NCBI GenBank assembly: GCA_937996705.1
Contig: CALKUQ010000021.1
Span: 64,527 to 128,526, forward strand
Origin: an uncultured Chlamydiae bacterium
GTDB lineage: Bacteria > Chlamydiota > Chlamydiia > Chlamydiales > 2-12-FULL-49-11
Direction of reading: 5' to 3'
Length of the DNA: 64,000 nucleotides
Shown here: piece after piece, positions 10,105 through 19,577 of the stretch
Position numbering within the stretch: the stretch's first letter is position 1
Layout of the letters: the number at the start of each line of letters is the position of its first letter
Made by a program: the position numbers and the translations under genes
Notes under the pieces: generated by a model
Databases searched by the model: none
Told to the model about the DNA's origin: nothing
The model's input: only the letters and a program-made list of their open reading frames with translations

Positions 10105-10527
10105 TTACATTAATAGCAAGGCAAAAACCATCGCAAAGAGGGCAAATGATTCTACAACACCGATTGCAACTAAGGTTTTTCCAAACACAGAAGGTTGTTT
10201 AGCAGTCGCTTGTATGGCTGTTGAGCAACACATCCCTTGATAGACAGCAGCTACGCCTATAGCTAATCCTGACCCGCCACCGATAAACAGGGCAGATAAT
10301 TGAGTTACCACCCCTGCTTCAATTTTATTCCTTAAAAGCAGCATCAAAATAAACGCATAGATCAATTGCGATGCTGGAATGGCTGAAAGACCGATAAACT
10401 TACCGTGCCCCTCTTCAATTCTACTCATTACCGCGTGCGATGTCATCCCTGCAATCGAACAACCAATCGAAGCTCCGATAGCGCCAAATGCCAGCGACAA
10501 TGCAGGTCCAATCATATCAAAACTCAT
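10105..10527 (-). CDS. atpK: V-type ATP synthase subunit K (proteolipid c subunit)
   Basis: 140-aa Gly/Ala-rich four-helix proteolipid. It is the last gene of the V-ATPase operon, as in Chlamydia. Confidence 0.88.
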   Translation of the reverse strand: MSFDMIGPALSLAFGAIGASIGCSIAGMTSHAVMSRIEEGHGKFIGLSAIPASQLIYAFILMLLLRNKIEAGVVTQLSALFIGGGSGLAIGVAAVYQGMCCSTAIQATAKQPSVFGKTLVAIGVVESFALFAMVFALLLM

Positions 10528-10538
10528 ACCATTTCTCC

Positions 10539-12461
10539 TTATTCTTTAATAAAAACTTTTAATGGGCGAAATTTTCTCCCCCCACCCTCAAATGAGTGGT
10601 GGTACCATTCTAGGAAATTCAAACGAAGTCCGTGTAAAACACCTGCAGAAATCGTTAAAGTGATGTTTACCGCATGTCCAAAAAAGATGACTAAAGCGCC
10701 TAAAACACCTCCACCAACCATCGCTCCCATATCATTGAATGTCGATGCCATAATCATCCCAGCAAGTCCAAGAGCATAGAGACGCAAATAGGACAAAACG
10801 TCTGAAAAGACCTCAATAAGCTTTGAAATTACCATTAGCCCCATCCATTTTTGCTGGATCAATGACAAGGCAACGGTAATGCCAAGACCTCCATATAGGA
10901 GCTGCTTTCCTGCTAAAAGGAGGTTAAATTTAGACATGAAGCCAAAACACTGAACCAAAGAGACGGCATCAACAATTTTAGGAAAATAGAGGTATGCCCC
11001 CCACATGGTGATCACCCAACCCACCCCTGACCAATTTCTTTTTAAATTGCGTAAAAAAGAAAACATCATGTGGATGATCCCAACAAGGATGGCAATTTCC
11101 AGTAGAAGGGAATCGCTCATCTCGCTCAGAAATTTATAATCTTTTGTCCCTTTAACCTCTTTATAACCTAACGCTAAAGCTTCTTGGCCAGTTTTTGCAT
11201 CAGCAATTTTTGGGTACTCTTTTACCCATTCATGAAATGTCTCATCACCTGGCTTCATGTGGTATTGAATTTTGTTGACAGCAAGGTGGTACAAAATCGA
11301 GGTTTTAGCAAGAGGATTTGTCGGCTCAAACCCTATACTAAAGTATGAGGCAATCAAAGTTCCCCAAAGGATACTGGTGCAAGACAAGATGAGAGCTAAA
11401 TTCAAGACCCGCTTCTTAACCCCTTTTGCATTAGGGTGTTTGTATCTAAAGAAAAGAGCTCCGAGCAAAAATAACAGGCCGTAACCTGCATCAGAAACAA
11501 TCATTCCAAAAAATAGGGCAAACGAACAGACGACCCATAAGGAGGGATCCTTATCACTAGTTGAGGGTGTATCATAAATCTCAACAAGATCTTGACCAAT
11601 CCGAGCAAGCCCTGTATTTTCTAAATAGGTAGGAACTACATCGTGACTCTCTTGGGCTACCTGGCTATGATAAATTGGCAAACCCTTAGTCAACACTTTG
11701 ATCTCATTTGTCCGATTCTCGGGAACCCAAGCTTCAATAACAAAGAGCCCCTCTTCGTTATAGTAATCGACATCCCCTTTTGCAAAGGCTAGATTTAGAC
11801 TACTAAGTTCTTCTAGGAAAAACTCTTCTAAATCGTGTTGATAACAAGTTAGCCCTCTAAGTTCGTTTTCTAGCTTGTGAATCGCTTCACCTAAATCTCT
11901 CTTGGTCTCGAGCAATTGGCTAAGGGATTTTCTAACATAGACTTCTGTAAATGCAGGATGGGAAAATTTGTGAGCTCCAATGTAGAGGTAATAATCAAAA
12001 TCAAGCTCTCGTTTAATAAATATGAGGTCTTCCGGGATTTCCCCTCTCTTTAACCTCTCATGTCGAATGAAAACAAACTGAAACCATTTCCCTGTCTCTT
12101 TTTTAAGCGATTCAAACTCGTCTACATCAAACTCGCCTAGGGGGTGGACTTTTATAATCTCAGCGCCTAAGAGTCGCTTTTCCTCTTGTTTTTTCTCAAT
12201 CTCATTTTTGAGCTCAATAATTCTGTCTATTGTAGCTCTTGCTTTCGGCCGCTCGACCTGCATAGGATCTTCTTTTACAGCCTGCTTTTTTAAAATTTTA
12301 ATCGCAAGTTTCAGATCTTCCATCGGCTTAGGAAAAAGATGGGGTTTTGTACCGCTTACTGAGATAAATTCAAACCAGCCAATTTTTTGTGCTCTATCAA
12401 AAAAGGTCTCATGAACTTCCTTTGAGCCGATAAAAAGTATTTTTTTTACAGGAACTCTCAT
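10539..12461 (-). CDS. atpI: V-type ATP synthase subunit I (a subunit)
   Basis: 640 aa with an N-terminal soluble coiled-coil half and a C-terminal polytopic half containing LRLYALG and HGLRLNFLEW motifs. ATGA start/stop overlap with atpD. Confidence 0.9.
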   Translation of the reverse strand: MRVPVKKILFIGSKEVHETFFDRAQKIGWFEFISVSGTKPHLFPKPMEDLKLAIKILKKQAVKEDPMQVERPKARATIDRIIELKNEIEKKQEEKRLLGAEIIKVHPLGEFDVDEFESLKKETGKWFQFVFIRHERLKRGEIPEDLIFIKRELDFDYYLYIGAHKFSHPAFTEVYVRKSLSQLLETKRDLGEAIHKLENELRGLTCYQHDLEEFFLEELSSLNLAFAKGDVDYYNEEGLFVIEAWVPENRTNEIKVLTKGLPIYHSQVAQESHDVVPTYLENTGLARIGQDLVEIYDTPSTSDKDPSLWVVCSFALFFGMIVSDAGYGLLFLLGALFFRYKHPNAKGVKKRVLNLALILSCTSILWGTLIASYFSIGFEPTNPLAKTSILYHLAVNKIQYHMKPGDETFHEWVKEYPKIADAKTGQEALALGYKEVKGTKDYKFLSEMSDSLLLEIAILVGIIHMMFSFLRNLKRNWSGVGWVITMWGAYLYFPKIVDAVSLVQCFGFMSKFNLLLAGKQLLYGGLGITVALSLIQQKWMGLMVISKLIEVFSDVLSYLRLYALGLAGMIMASTFNDMGAMVGGGVLGALVIFFGHAVNITLTISAGVLHGLRLNFLEWYHHSFEGGGRKFRPLKVFIKE

Positions 12462-13081
12462 GCAGTCACCTCTTCTTTCAGGCTGCGCTTAATTGACTTT
12501 TCCTTAGACACTTTTGCTGATGCAACTGCTTGCAATTCTTGATCTCCTAAAAAAATTCGAATCTGGCTGATCTCTTTTTCAAGCTCGGGAATCAAGCGCT
12601 TCTCGAATAAATTCACCCGTATTGAAACCACCCTAAGCTCGCCTTCCAAAATTTCCTTTTTTTCAATTCCGACGATCACTTTTTGGTAATCATGCTTTAA
12701 CCTGCGAATTCTCTGAATCGCTTCATCGACCCAAAGAGGGGTCTTCATAAAACTCATCTCGGGATCTTTAAATGAAAGCCTTTCTAAACTAGGAACTTGT
12801 ATTCCAGCTATATTTTCCATATTGGTAAAGACTTCTTCAATCTCGAATGCCCTTTCAATTTCTTGGATAATCGGATCATTCAAAAGATGGACATGGGAAG
12901 AGAGATTCTCTTTTTCTAACCTGTACTCTGCTTCAAGCCTCTTAACTGCCTCTCTTGCTTTATTCACTTCTGCTTGGAGTAGCATCTTTTTAAGCTGAAG
13001 GGTAGGCAGGTATTTTTTAAAAAGACCAAGCTTCTTCTTTAACCTTACAAGTTCAATTTTTGTGCACTTTACTTGGGCCAT
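12458..13081 (-). CDS. atpD: V-type ATP synthase subunit D
   Basis: 207-aa coiled-coil protein (LPTLQLKK...) located between atpB and atpI. Confidence 0.88.
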   Translation of the reverse strand: MAQVKCTKIELVRLKKKLGLFKKYLPTLQLKKMLLQAEVNKAREAVKRLEAEYRLEKENLSSHVHLLNDPIIQEIERAFEIEEVFTNMENIAGIQVPSLERLSFKDPEMSFMKTPLWVDEAIQRIRRLKHDYQKVIVGIEKKEILEGELRVVSIRVNLFEKRLIPELEKEISQIRIFLGDQELQAVASAKVSKEKSIKRSLKEEVTA

Positions 13082-13085
13082 CTAT

Positions 13086-14387
13086 CTACTTCTTCCAATA
13101 CCTTTCAATCAAATCCTGTTTAATACCAACTTCCTGGGGTTCAAAGCAATCAGAGAGAATTTTCCATCCGAGATCAAGAGCTTCCAAAAGAGGTATGTTC
13201 ACTTCTAAATCCATTAATTTCTCTTCAAAAAGATCTCCATACTTAATCAACTTCTCATCCCACTTGGATAATTTGAATCCCATACTGTAGAGCTCTCTTG
13301 CCTTCAATGCCTCTGCATAAAACCGGACAAGGGCGTTCATGAGTGCGGAATGGTCTTCTCTACTTGAAGGTCCCCCTATGACGTGTTGTTTCAAACGAGA
13401 AAGAGATCCAAACACTTCAATACGACCGTTACGCAAGTAAAATTGCCCCTCTGTAATATAACCCGTATTGTCAGGTACAGGGTGAGTTACATCATCTCCG
13501 GGCATTGTGGTTGCGGCAATGATGGTGATCGAACCAAGACCTTCAATATCAATAGCTTTCTCATACCTCGAAGCCAGATCAGAATAGAGAGATCCCGGGT
13601 AGCCCCGATTTGAGGGCACTTGCTCCAAACTAATCGCAATCTCCTTTAAAGAGTCGGCAAAAGCTGTCATATCGCTTAGTAAAACAAGGACCTTTTTCCC
13701 TTGCTGGGCAAATTGCTCAGCAACTGTTAAGACCATGTCTGGTATCAACAGACACTCAACAGGATAATCTGTCGCTTTGTGGACAAAAATTGCCGTCTTT
13801 TCAAGCGATCCCATTTTTTTTGCGTTTTCAATAAAGGCGTATAAGTCGTCGTAACGGGCGCCCATAATGCCGATTAATACTACATCGGCGTCTGTTTGGT
13901 TGGCAATTCGCATGAGTAATTGGTTGTATGGCTCCCCTGCCACAGAAAAAATCGGAATTTTTTGGGACTGGACAAGGCAGTTAAAAAGATCAATCATAGG
14001 AATATTTGTCTGAATCATTCGGTGAGCTAAAACCCTTTTCACAGGATTTGCCGACGATGTTCCAATAGCTACCTCTACCCCTTCAACAGCAGGCCCTCCA
14101 TCTATCGGCTCTCCCATTGAATTGAGAATTCTACCCAAGACATCATCTCCTACTACGACTGTCATTGCCTTCTTAAGAAAGACAACCCGATCTCCTGTAG
14201 AAAGCCCTTTAGTTGCGCCCATAGCTTGAATAATCACTCTCGTCTTATCAAAACTAATGACAGAACCAAAAAGCTTTGTGCCATCATACTTATCGACACG
14301 AACCATTTCACCTATAGCAACATCCTCAGCATGAACCACAAATGTGCTGTTATCAATCTCTGTGATCTCTTCGTAATATTTCTGCAT
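13086..14387 (-). CDS. atpB: V-type ATP synthase subunit B
   Basis: 433 aa and A/B-subunit-like without a canonical P-loop. Motifs include SQKIPIFS, PGDDVTHPVPD and GYITEGQ. Confidence 0.93.
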   Translation of the reverse strand: MQKYYEEITEIDNSTFVVHAEDVAIGEMVRVDKYDGTKLFGSVISFDKTRVIIQAMGATKGLSTGDRVVFLKKAMTVVVGDDVLGRILNSMGEPIDGGPAVEGVEVAIGTSSANPVKRVLAHRMIQTNIPMIDLFNCLVQSQKIPIFSVAGEPYNQLLMRIANQTDADVVLIGIMGARYDDLYAFIENAKKMGSLEKTAIFVHKATDYPVECLLIPDMVLTVAEQFAQQGKKVLVLLSDMTAFADSLKEIAISLEQVPSNRGYPGSLYSDLASRYEKAIDIEGLGSITIIAATTMPGDDVTHPVPDNTGYITEGQFYLRNGRIEVFGSLSRLKQHVIGGPSSREDHSALMNALVRFYAEALKARELYSMGFKLSKWDEKLIKYGDLFEEKLMDLEVNIPLLEALDLGWKILSDCFEPQEVGIKQDLIERYWKK

Positions 14388-16163
14388 CTATACCCCACCC
14401 ATTACATGCCGTTTATCTAACTCTTCTTGGAGAGTCTGTAACAATTTTTTATAGGCAACTGATTCAAAATTCAAGAAATTCAAGTTTTTTACCTTGGTCT
14501 GAGTTTCAAGGAAATAGGCTCTAGCAGAATCGTGTGAATCAAACTCATACTCCCTTTCAAAAATTTGGTTCATCAATTGAAACTGCACTTTTTGCTGCTC
14601 CAAAGAACAATAAGCATCCTCTTTATCAAAGGCGTTTTGTTGCAAGTAACAAAAGGAAAAGAGTTCAGACTTAAGATAGGTAACCATATCATCAATGCTA
14701 ATCCCTTCTTGGCCGACAACCTCCATCCTTCTGCCGATTTCATCCCCATCTTTTAAAATCGATCTTGCCCTTTCGACCCATTTTTTCCAATGAGTCACTT
14801 CTGCTTTAATCATATTGCTAAAGTCTTCCAAATACTTAGACCAAGAAAATAGAGGATCGATTGCAGGATAAATACGTTTGTCTGAAAACTCCCGAGAGAG
14901 GCATATAAAGGCGCCTACAACATTCATGGTAGCCTGCGTAACAGGCTCGCTAAAGTTCCCCCCTGCGGGTGAGACTGCACCGATAATTGTAACAGAACCC
15001 TCTTTTCCATTTTGGAGTTCTATCACTCCAGCTCTTTCATAAAAGGCAGCAATTCTTGAAGCCAGGTAAGCAGGAAATGCCTCATCGCCAGGAATTTCTT
15101 CCAATCTTCCAGACATTTCACGCATCGCTTGAGCCCATCTTGAGGTCGAATCGGCCAAAAGAAGGACATCAAGTCCCATTTGACGGTAGTATTCAGCTAT
15201 CGTAACGCCTACATATACAGAGGCTTCCCTAGCTGCAACTGGCATCGATGAGGTATTGCAAATAATGCAAGTACGATTCATGAGGGGTTCGCTAGAGTGA
15301 ACATCTGTAAGGGTCGGGAAGGTCTTAAGAGTCTCTACAACCTCACCTGCCCTCTCTCCGCATGCAGCAATAACTACAATATCAACGTTTGAGTATTTCG
15401 AAATGAGCTGCTGAGTTACAGTTTTTCCTGCACCAAAAGGACCTGGAGTTCCACCTGACCCCCCTTTTATCAAGGGAACCATTGTATCGATGATACGAAT
15501 CCCTGTGATTAGAGCCTTTGTTGCCTTTTTTCTCGTACCTTGCATAAGGGGAAATTTGACCGGCCATTTTTGCACCATTGTCAATTCAATCTCTTTCCCT
15601 TTCTCATCCGAGACTTTTGCAATAACCGTATCAACCGGGTAGCTGCCTGGAGACTTCACCCAAGTGAGCTCATATTTTCCATACATTGCAAAAGGGAGCA
15701 TAATGTTGTGGGTAAAATGAGACTCTTGGACTGTCCCAATCGTGTCACCCCGCCTTAAAAACTCACCCAATTTCGCTACAGGTTTAAAATCCCAGCGCTT
15801 CACTCGGTCAAGGGACTCAATTTGGACCCCTCTTGGGAGAAAAAGGCCTGATATATCGGCAAGCTCTTCAAGGGGAGTTTGCAATCCATCGAATATTTGA
15901 GCAAGTAGGCCGGGGCCTAATTCAATTTCTAACTGAAACTTTGTAAAGAGCACTTTTGTTCCAAGCTTTACACCTCTCGTATCTTCAAAAACCTGAACTT
16001 TAGCTACTTTGCCATCAATCTCAATTACTTCACATTTCAATGACTCATTTTCTAACTGGATAAATCCGATTTCACCCTGCAGAATCTCTCCATCAAATTC
16101 GACCTTTAACAAATTTCCTAATGCTGATACTACCTTTCCTGTAGCTTTGATATTACGAGACAT
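14388..16163 (-). CDS. atpA: V-type ATP synthase catalytic subunit A
   Basis: Walker A is GPFGAGKTV and Walker B is LLLADSTSRWA. I prefer the start at MSRNIKATG (ATG 16163), which is preceded by GGAGAGAGG. The ORF-track start at 16178 is a TTG. Confidence 0.94.
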   Translation of the reverse strand: MSRNIKATGKVVSALGNLLKVEFDGEILQGEIGFIQLENESLKCEVIEIDGKVAKVQVFEDTRGVKLGTKVLFTKFQLEIELGPGLLAQIFDGLQTPLEELADISGLFLPRGVQIESLDRVKRWDFKPVAKLGEFLRRGDTIGTVQESHFTHNIMLPFAMYGKYELTWVKSPGSYPVDTVIAKVSDEKGKEIELTMVQKWPVKFPLMQGTRKKATKALITGIRIIDTMVPLIKGGSGGTPGPFGAGKTVTQQLISKYSNVDIVVIAACGERAGEVVETLKTFPTLTDVHSSEPLMNRTCIICNTSSMPVAAREASVYVGVTIAEYYRQMGLDVLLLADSTSRWAQAMREMSGRLEEIPGDEAFPAYLASRIAAFYERAGVIELQNGKEGSVTIIGAVSPAGGNFSEPVTQATMNVVGAFICLSREFSDKRIYPAIDPLFSWSKYLEDFSNMIKAEVTHWKKWVERARSILKDGDEIGRRMEVVGQEGISIDDMVTYLKSELFSFCYLQQNAFDKEDAYCSLEQQKVQFQLMNQIFEREYEFDSHDSARAYFLETQTKVKNLNFLNFESVAYKKLLQTLQEELDKRHVMGGV

Positions 16164-16938
16164 TTCCTCTCTCCACAATGTTACTTAAATAGCTTTCCCC
16201 TTCTTCTTTGTTTAGCGCAAAAAAATCCTCTAAAATCCAGAGAGCTACCATATAGCCCAAAACACCTTCAAGGGAAAACACATGACTGTTAAAATATTTT
16301 ATATAGAACTGAAACCGATAGTTAGCGATTCCTTCGTACTGCTTTAGAGGACTCCCCTCCGCTTCTTCTACCACTTTTTCTAAATCCTCATACTCAGCCG
16401 GAAATTGGAATTTTCCTGAGCTATTCACTTGCATCAAAACGGCAGAGACAATAGGATCGCTCTGATCTGCAAACTGTAACTCTTTTGCTAAATCGACTTT
16501 AGAGTTTTTTGCCCTAAACCCTGCCAGCAAAAGCCTAACATCGTGCTCAAACGATAGAAATTCAGATAGATAACCGCTAGAGCTCGTTTTCTCCTCTTGA
16601 AAATAGCGAGAGATCAGTTTCGGAAAAAACTTTCTTCTTTCCCCATCATTTTCATAATCGCGATAAAATTCAAAAACATAGTCTGGCAAATCTTCTTCAT
16701 TAGCAATCATTGCCTTAATTGTGCTTTTAGAATAATTCCCTCTTTGATCAAATTTGTGATCATTAAAAAGGGCAAATAAATTTGAGATATCTATCCATAA
16801 TTTAAGAACTCGAATTTTTTTCAATTCTAGTGGAGAGAGATTTAACTCCAAAAGCTCATACAATTCTCGACTTGTTATATCGGGCCTTGTACCAAAATCA
16901 AGCGGAGGAAGAATTCCATAAATAAAAAATTTGCTCAT
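16153..16938 (-). CDS. V-ATPase-associated hypothetical protein (DUF2764-like, chlamydial CT309 position)
   Basis: 261-aa protein lying between atpE and atpA, exactly where Chlamydia spp. carry a conserved hypothetical gene. It overlaps the atpA start by 11 nt. The family name is from memory of the synteny, not from a motif. Confidence 0.6.
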   Translation of the reverse strand: MSKFFIYGILPPLDFGTRPDITSRELYELLELNLSPLELKKIRVLKLWIDISNLFALFNDHKFDQRGNYSKSTIKAMIANEEDLPDYVFEFYRDYENDGERRKFFPKLISRYFQEEKTSSSGYLSEFLSFEHDVRLLLAGFRAKNSKVDLAKELQFADQSDPIVSAVLMQVNSSGKFQFPAEYEDLEKVVEEAEGSPLKQYEGIANYRFQFYIKYFNSHVFSLEGVLGYMVALWILEDFFALNKEEGESYLSNIVERGNVS

Positions 16939-17597
16939 TATTTATCACTAAAGATTTTTGCTCGAAGCTCATGCGTTACATAAGAAGCCAAAAGCTCCTC
17001 GACAGCTCTATCTGTTAAATCAATCGACATTTTCTTATCTTTTAAGCGGAGCTCAACGCCCCCTTTAACCTCAGGCACTAACAGGGCAGATTTTTTAAGC
17101 TTCTCTCCTAGATTCCCTCTTAATGTTTCACAGATCGCATTAATATCAACATGTTTAGGAAGAAGGACATCCAAATTGACCCCCAGCCCTTCTTTTTCAA
17201 TTAGCGATAAAATGACGGCTACCGCGCTCGCTACAGCATCTTGTCCACCCATAACCCGTTCAACTTCAGAATTTAATTCATCAGAAAACATCTTTTCGAT
17301 CCCTTGTCTAAGAGACGAAATTCCTTGTCGTATCGCAAGCTGAATCGATCCTTCGTGAACCCTTAATTCCTTAGCGAGTTCCAACTTACCCTCTTCTAAA
17401 ACCTTAGCCGCCTCTTCTTTTGCTTTTAAGACAATTTCGGCAGCCTCCTTAAGAGCTGTTTCTACAATTGTTTTAGCCTCAGTCTGAGCTGGTTCAAGAG
17501 TCTCTTTGCGGAGTATCGCACAAATTTCTTTTACTTTATTATCTGCAGTCTCTAAAGGCATAGCTTTTCCCCTCTTGCTCGGAACATTTTCATTCAT
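16938..17597 (-). CDS. atpE: V-type ATP synthase subunit E
   Basis: Ala/Glu/Lys-rich N-terminal long helix plus a globular C-terminus, as the first gene of the operon. An alternative start at MPLETADNK (ATG 17561) has a GAGGGGA RBS and would give 207 aa. Confidence 0.85.
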   Translation of the reverse strand: MNENVPSKRGKAMPLETADNKVKEICAILRKETLEPAQTEAKTIVETALKEAAEIVLKAKEEAAKVLEEGKLELAKELRVHEGSIQLAIRQGISSLRQGIEKMFSDELNSEVERVMGGQDAVASAVAVILSLIEKEGLGVNLDVLLPKHVDINAICETLRGNLGEKLKKSALLVPEVKGGVELRLKDKKMSIDLTDRAVEELLASYVTHELRAKIFSDK

Positions 17598-17682
17598 TCT
17601 ACCGACCTCATAATAAAAACCGAAGAAAAATTTACTTCTAGCCGAAAAAAAACATTCCCGCTAAAAAGAAAAAAACGGAAGA

Positions 17683-17937
17683 GTGTTTATGAAAAAACAG
17701 ATTACCCTAATTATCACTGTAGTTGCATTCATTTTCCACCCTCTAACACTTTCTGCTTTTGTGGAAGATAGCTCCTATAAAGATGAATACTCTTGGGAAC
17801 TCAGCGACAGCGATCAGAAAAAAGTAGCCACAGGCATGGTGATGTGGGGCATTTTTCTAGCTATTGCCAGCATGCTCATCTCCGGCTTTATCCCCAACTC
17901 CACAACTCCACCCACCACTACTACCCCAACCACATAG
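17683..17937 (+). CDS. Small hypothetical membrane/secreted protein with a Thr/Pro tail
   Basis: 84 aa with an N-terminal signal-like helix, a second TM helix and a C-terminal TTPPTTTTPTT. There is no known domain. Confidence 0.4.
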   Translation: MFMKKQITLIITVVAFIFHPLTLSAFVEDSSYKDEYSWELSDSDQKKVATGMVMWGIFLAIASMLISGFIPNSTTPPTTTTPTT

Positions 17938-18115
17938 AACGTCAAATTTAAAGATCTTTAGAAGCCAAGACTACAAGCTAACCTTTGAGGTTCAAACGTG
18001 CCTCATGCTTAAAACGCGGCCTCTACTTATTCGCCCAAAGTGCCGAGTGAATAAGTAAAAGGCAGGGTTTAAATAGTAAATTTTTAGAGCGCATCCTATT
18101 TAGAAGTGACCGGGT

Positions 18116-19108
18116 TTAAAGGGTCTTGGATGAGCTAGATCCCTTTAAGTTATAGGTTTCCGCTATAAGGGTTTCGAGCTTAACTGTATCTCTTGCAAAG
18201 CCGCGAATTCCGTCATAGAGTTTATCTGAGGCCATTTCATCCATGCATAAAGCAAGCCGAAAAGCCTTTTCATCTATCGAGATTTTCTTAATAGCAAACT
18301 GGTTTGAATCGCTTGCTTTAAGGGCTTGCGAAACTTCTCCTGTCGCTTGTTTGAGCTCATCGAGCAAGTTCGGAGCGATTGTCAGCAGATCGCAGCCAGA
18401 GAGGGCTAGAATTTGATTCATGCTTCTAAAAGATGCTCCCATAATTTGAGTTTTGTAACCAAATTTTTTATAATAGTGAAAAATCGATGTAACTGATTTA
18501 ACCCCCATATCTTCCGAAACAGAGATCTCTTTATTTTCCTTCTGTTTTTGCCAGTCATAAATTCTTCCTACAAAAGGAGATATGAGAGTAGCTCCAGCTT
18601 CTGCAGCACCAATTGCTTGAGCAAGATTAAACATAAGGGTCATATTGCAGTGAATCCCCTCTTTCTCAAGGATTTCAGCAGTTTTTATCCCCTCCCAGGT
18701 GGAGGCTAGCTTAATAAGAACCCTCTCTTTTCCAATCCCCTTTTCTTCATACAAGGCAATGTACTCTCTGGCTCTTTTTAAACTTCCTTCAATATCAAAG
18801 GAGAGTCTAGCATCAACTTCGGTAGAGACCCTTCCAGGGACAATTTTCAAGATCTCTGCGCCAAAATTGACAAAGAGCTTTACAATCACTTTCTCTATAA
18901 GATTTTCTTTATGAGTAGCATGTGATTTTGCCCAGTCAACGGCATCTTTAACCAAATGGGCGTACTCTGGCATACCGGCAGCTTTAAATAGGAGGGAGGG
19001 ATTGGTGGTTGCATCTTGTGGCTTATGCTTTCTAATAGCCTCAATATCGCCTGTATCTGCCACAATTACAGTATATTGACCTAATCCATCATACTTATTT
19101 TTAGACAT
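18116..19108 (-). CDS. tal: Transaldolase
   Basis: Motifs are IVADTGD, ATTNPSL, a Schiff-base lysine context (RVLIKLASTWEG) and SPFVGRI. I prefer ATG 19108 (MSKNKYDG), preceded by GAGGTGG. The ORF-track start at 19126 is a GTG. Confidence 0.93.
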   Translation of the reverse strand: MSKNKYDGLGQYTVIVADTGDIEAIRKHKPQDATTNPSLLFKAAGMPEYAHLVKDAVDWAKSHATHKENLIEKVIVKLFVNFGAEILKIVPGRVSTEVDARLSFDIEGSLKRAREYIALYEEKGIGKERVLIKLASTWEGIKTAEILEKEGIHCNMTLMFNLAQAIGAAEAGATLISPFVGRIYDWQKQKENKEISVSEDMGVKSVTSIFHYYKKFGYKTQIMGASFRSMNQILALSGCDLLTIAPNLLDELKQATGEVSQALKASDSNQFAIKKISIDEKAFRLALCMDEMASDKLYDGIRGFARDTVKLETLIAETYNLKGSSSSKTL

Positions 19109-19255
19109 AGCCACCTCTCTTTTCACTTTATCATGCCAAAACTTGCTATTTATGGTGAGCTAAAAATGAGATCGTAGCAAGGAAATCTTTATAGCCTGAA
19201 TAAGAAACTTAACTTAGCTTCTTTTAGCGTTATAAAAAGCTTGTGAGGCGATCTC

Positions 19256-19564
19256 TTAACTTTCTTTATGTACCTTGGAACCACTATTTGACTTAACAAT
19301 CAAAAGGCCGGCTAAAAACAAGACACCTGAGATAACACAGAATCCCCCTTTTAGAAAGATATCTGTTGCTCTATCAACATCTTTTTTAGAACTTACGGTT
19401 GGAACACTCTCCATCGCCTGAACGACTGTTGGAGGGGTTTGAACCTCCCCAGCCAAAGCTTGGGGAGGTTTAACCTCTTCACTTACAGGAGGCTCACCTG
19501 AAAAAAGAACTCCAGATGAAAAGATGGTTACAATGGAAAATGATTTGAATCGTAACAATCTCAT
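19256..19564 (-). CDS. Small hypothetical secreted/membrane-anchored protein
   Basis: 102 aa. A perfect SD (TAAGGAGGT) lies 5 nt upstream of the ATG, and the gene starts 13 nt after the rpoC stop. It has an N-terminal signal, a Pro/Val-rich linker and a C-terminal TM helix. Confidence 0.6.
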   Translation of the reverse strand: MRLLRFKSFSIVTIFSSGVLFSGEPPVSEEVKPPQALAGEVQTPPTVVQAMESVPTVSSKKDVDRATDIFLKGGFCVISGVLFLAGLLIVKSNSGSKVHKES

Positions 19565-19577
19565 ATACCTCCTTACT

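Noticed and set aside
10405-10779. 124-aa plus-strand ORF spanning the atpK/atpI junction.
   Set aside because: It is antisense to two conserved V-ATPase genes, and its Pro/Ser/Thr/Arg-rich composition is typical of antisense frames.
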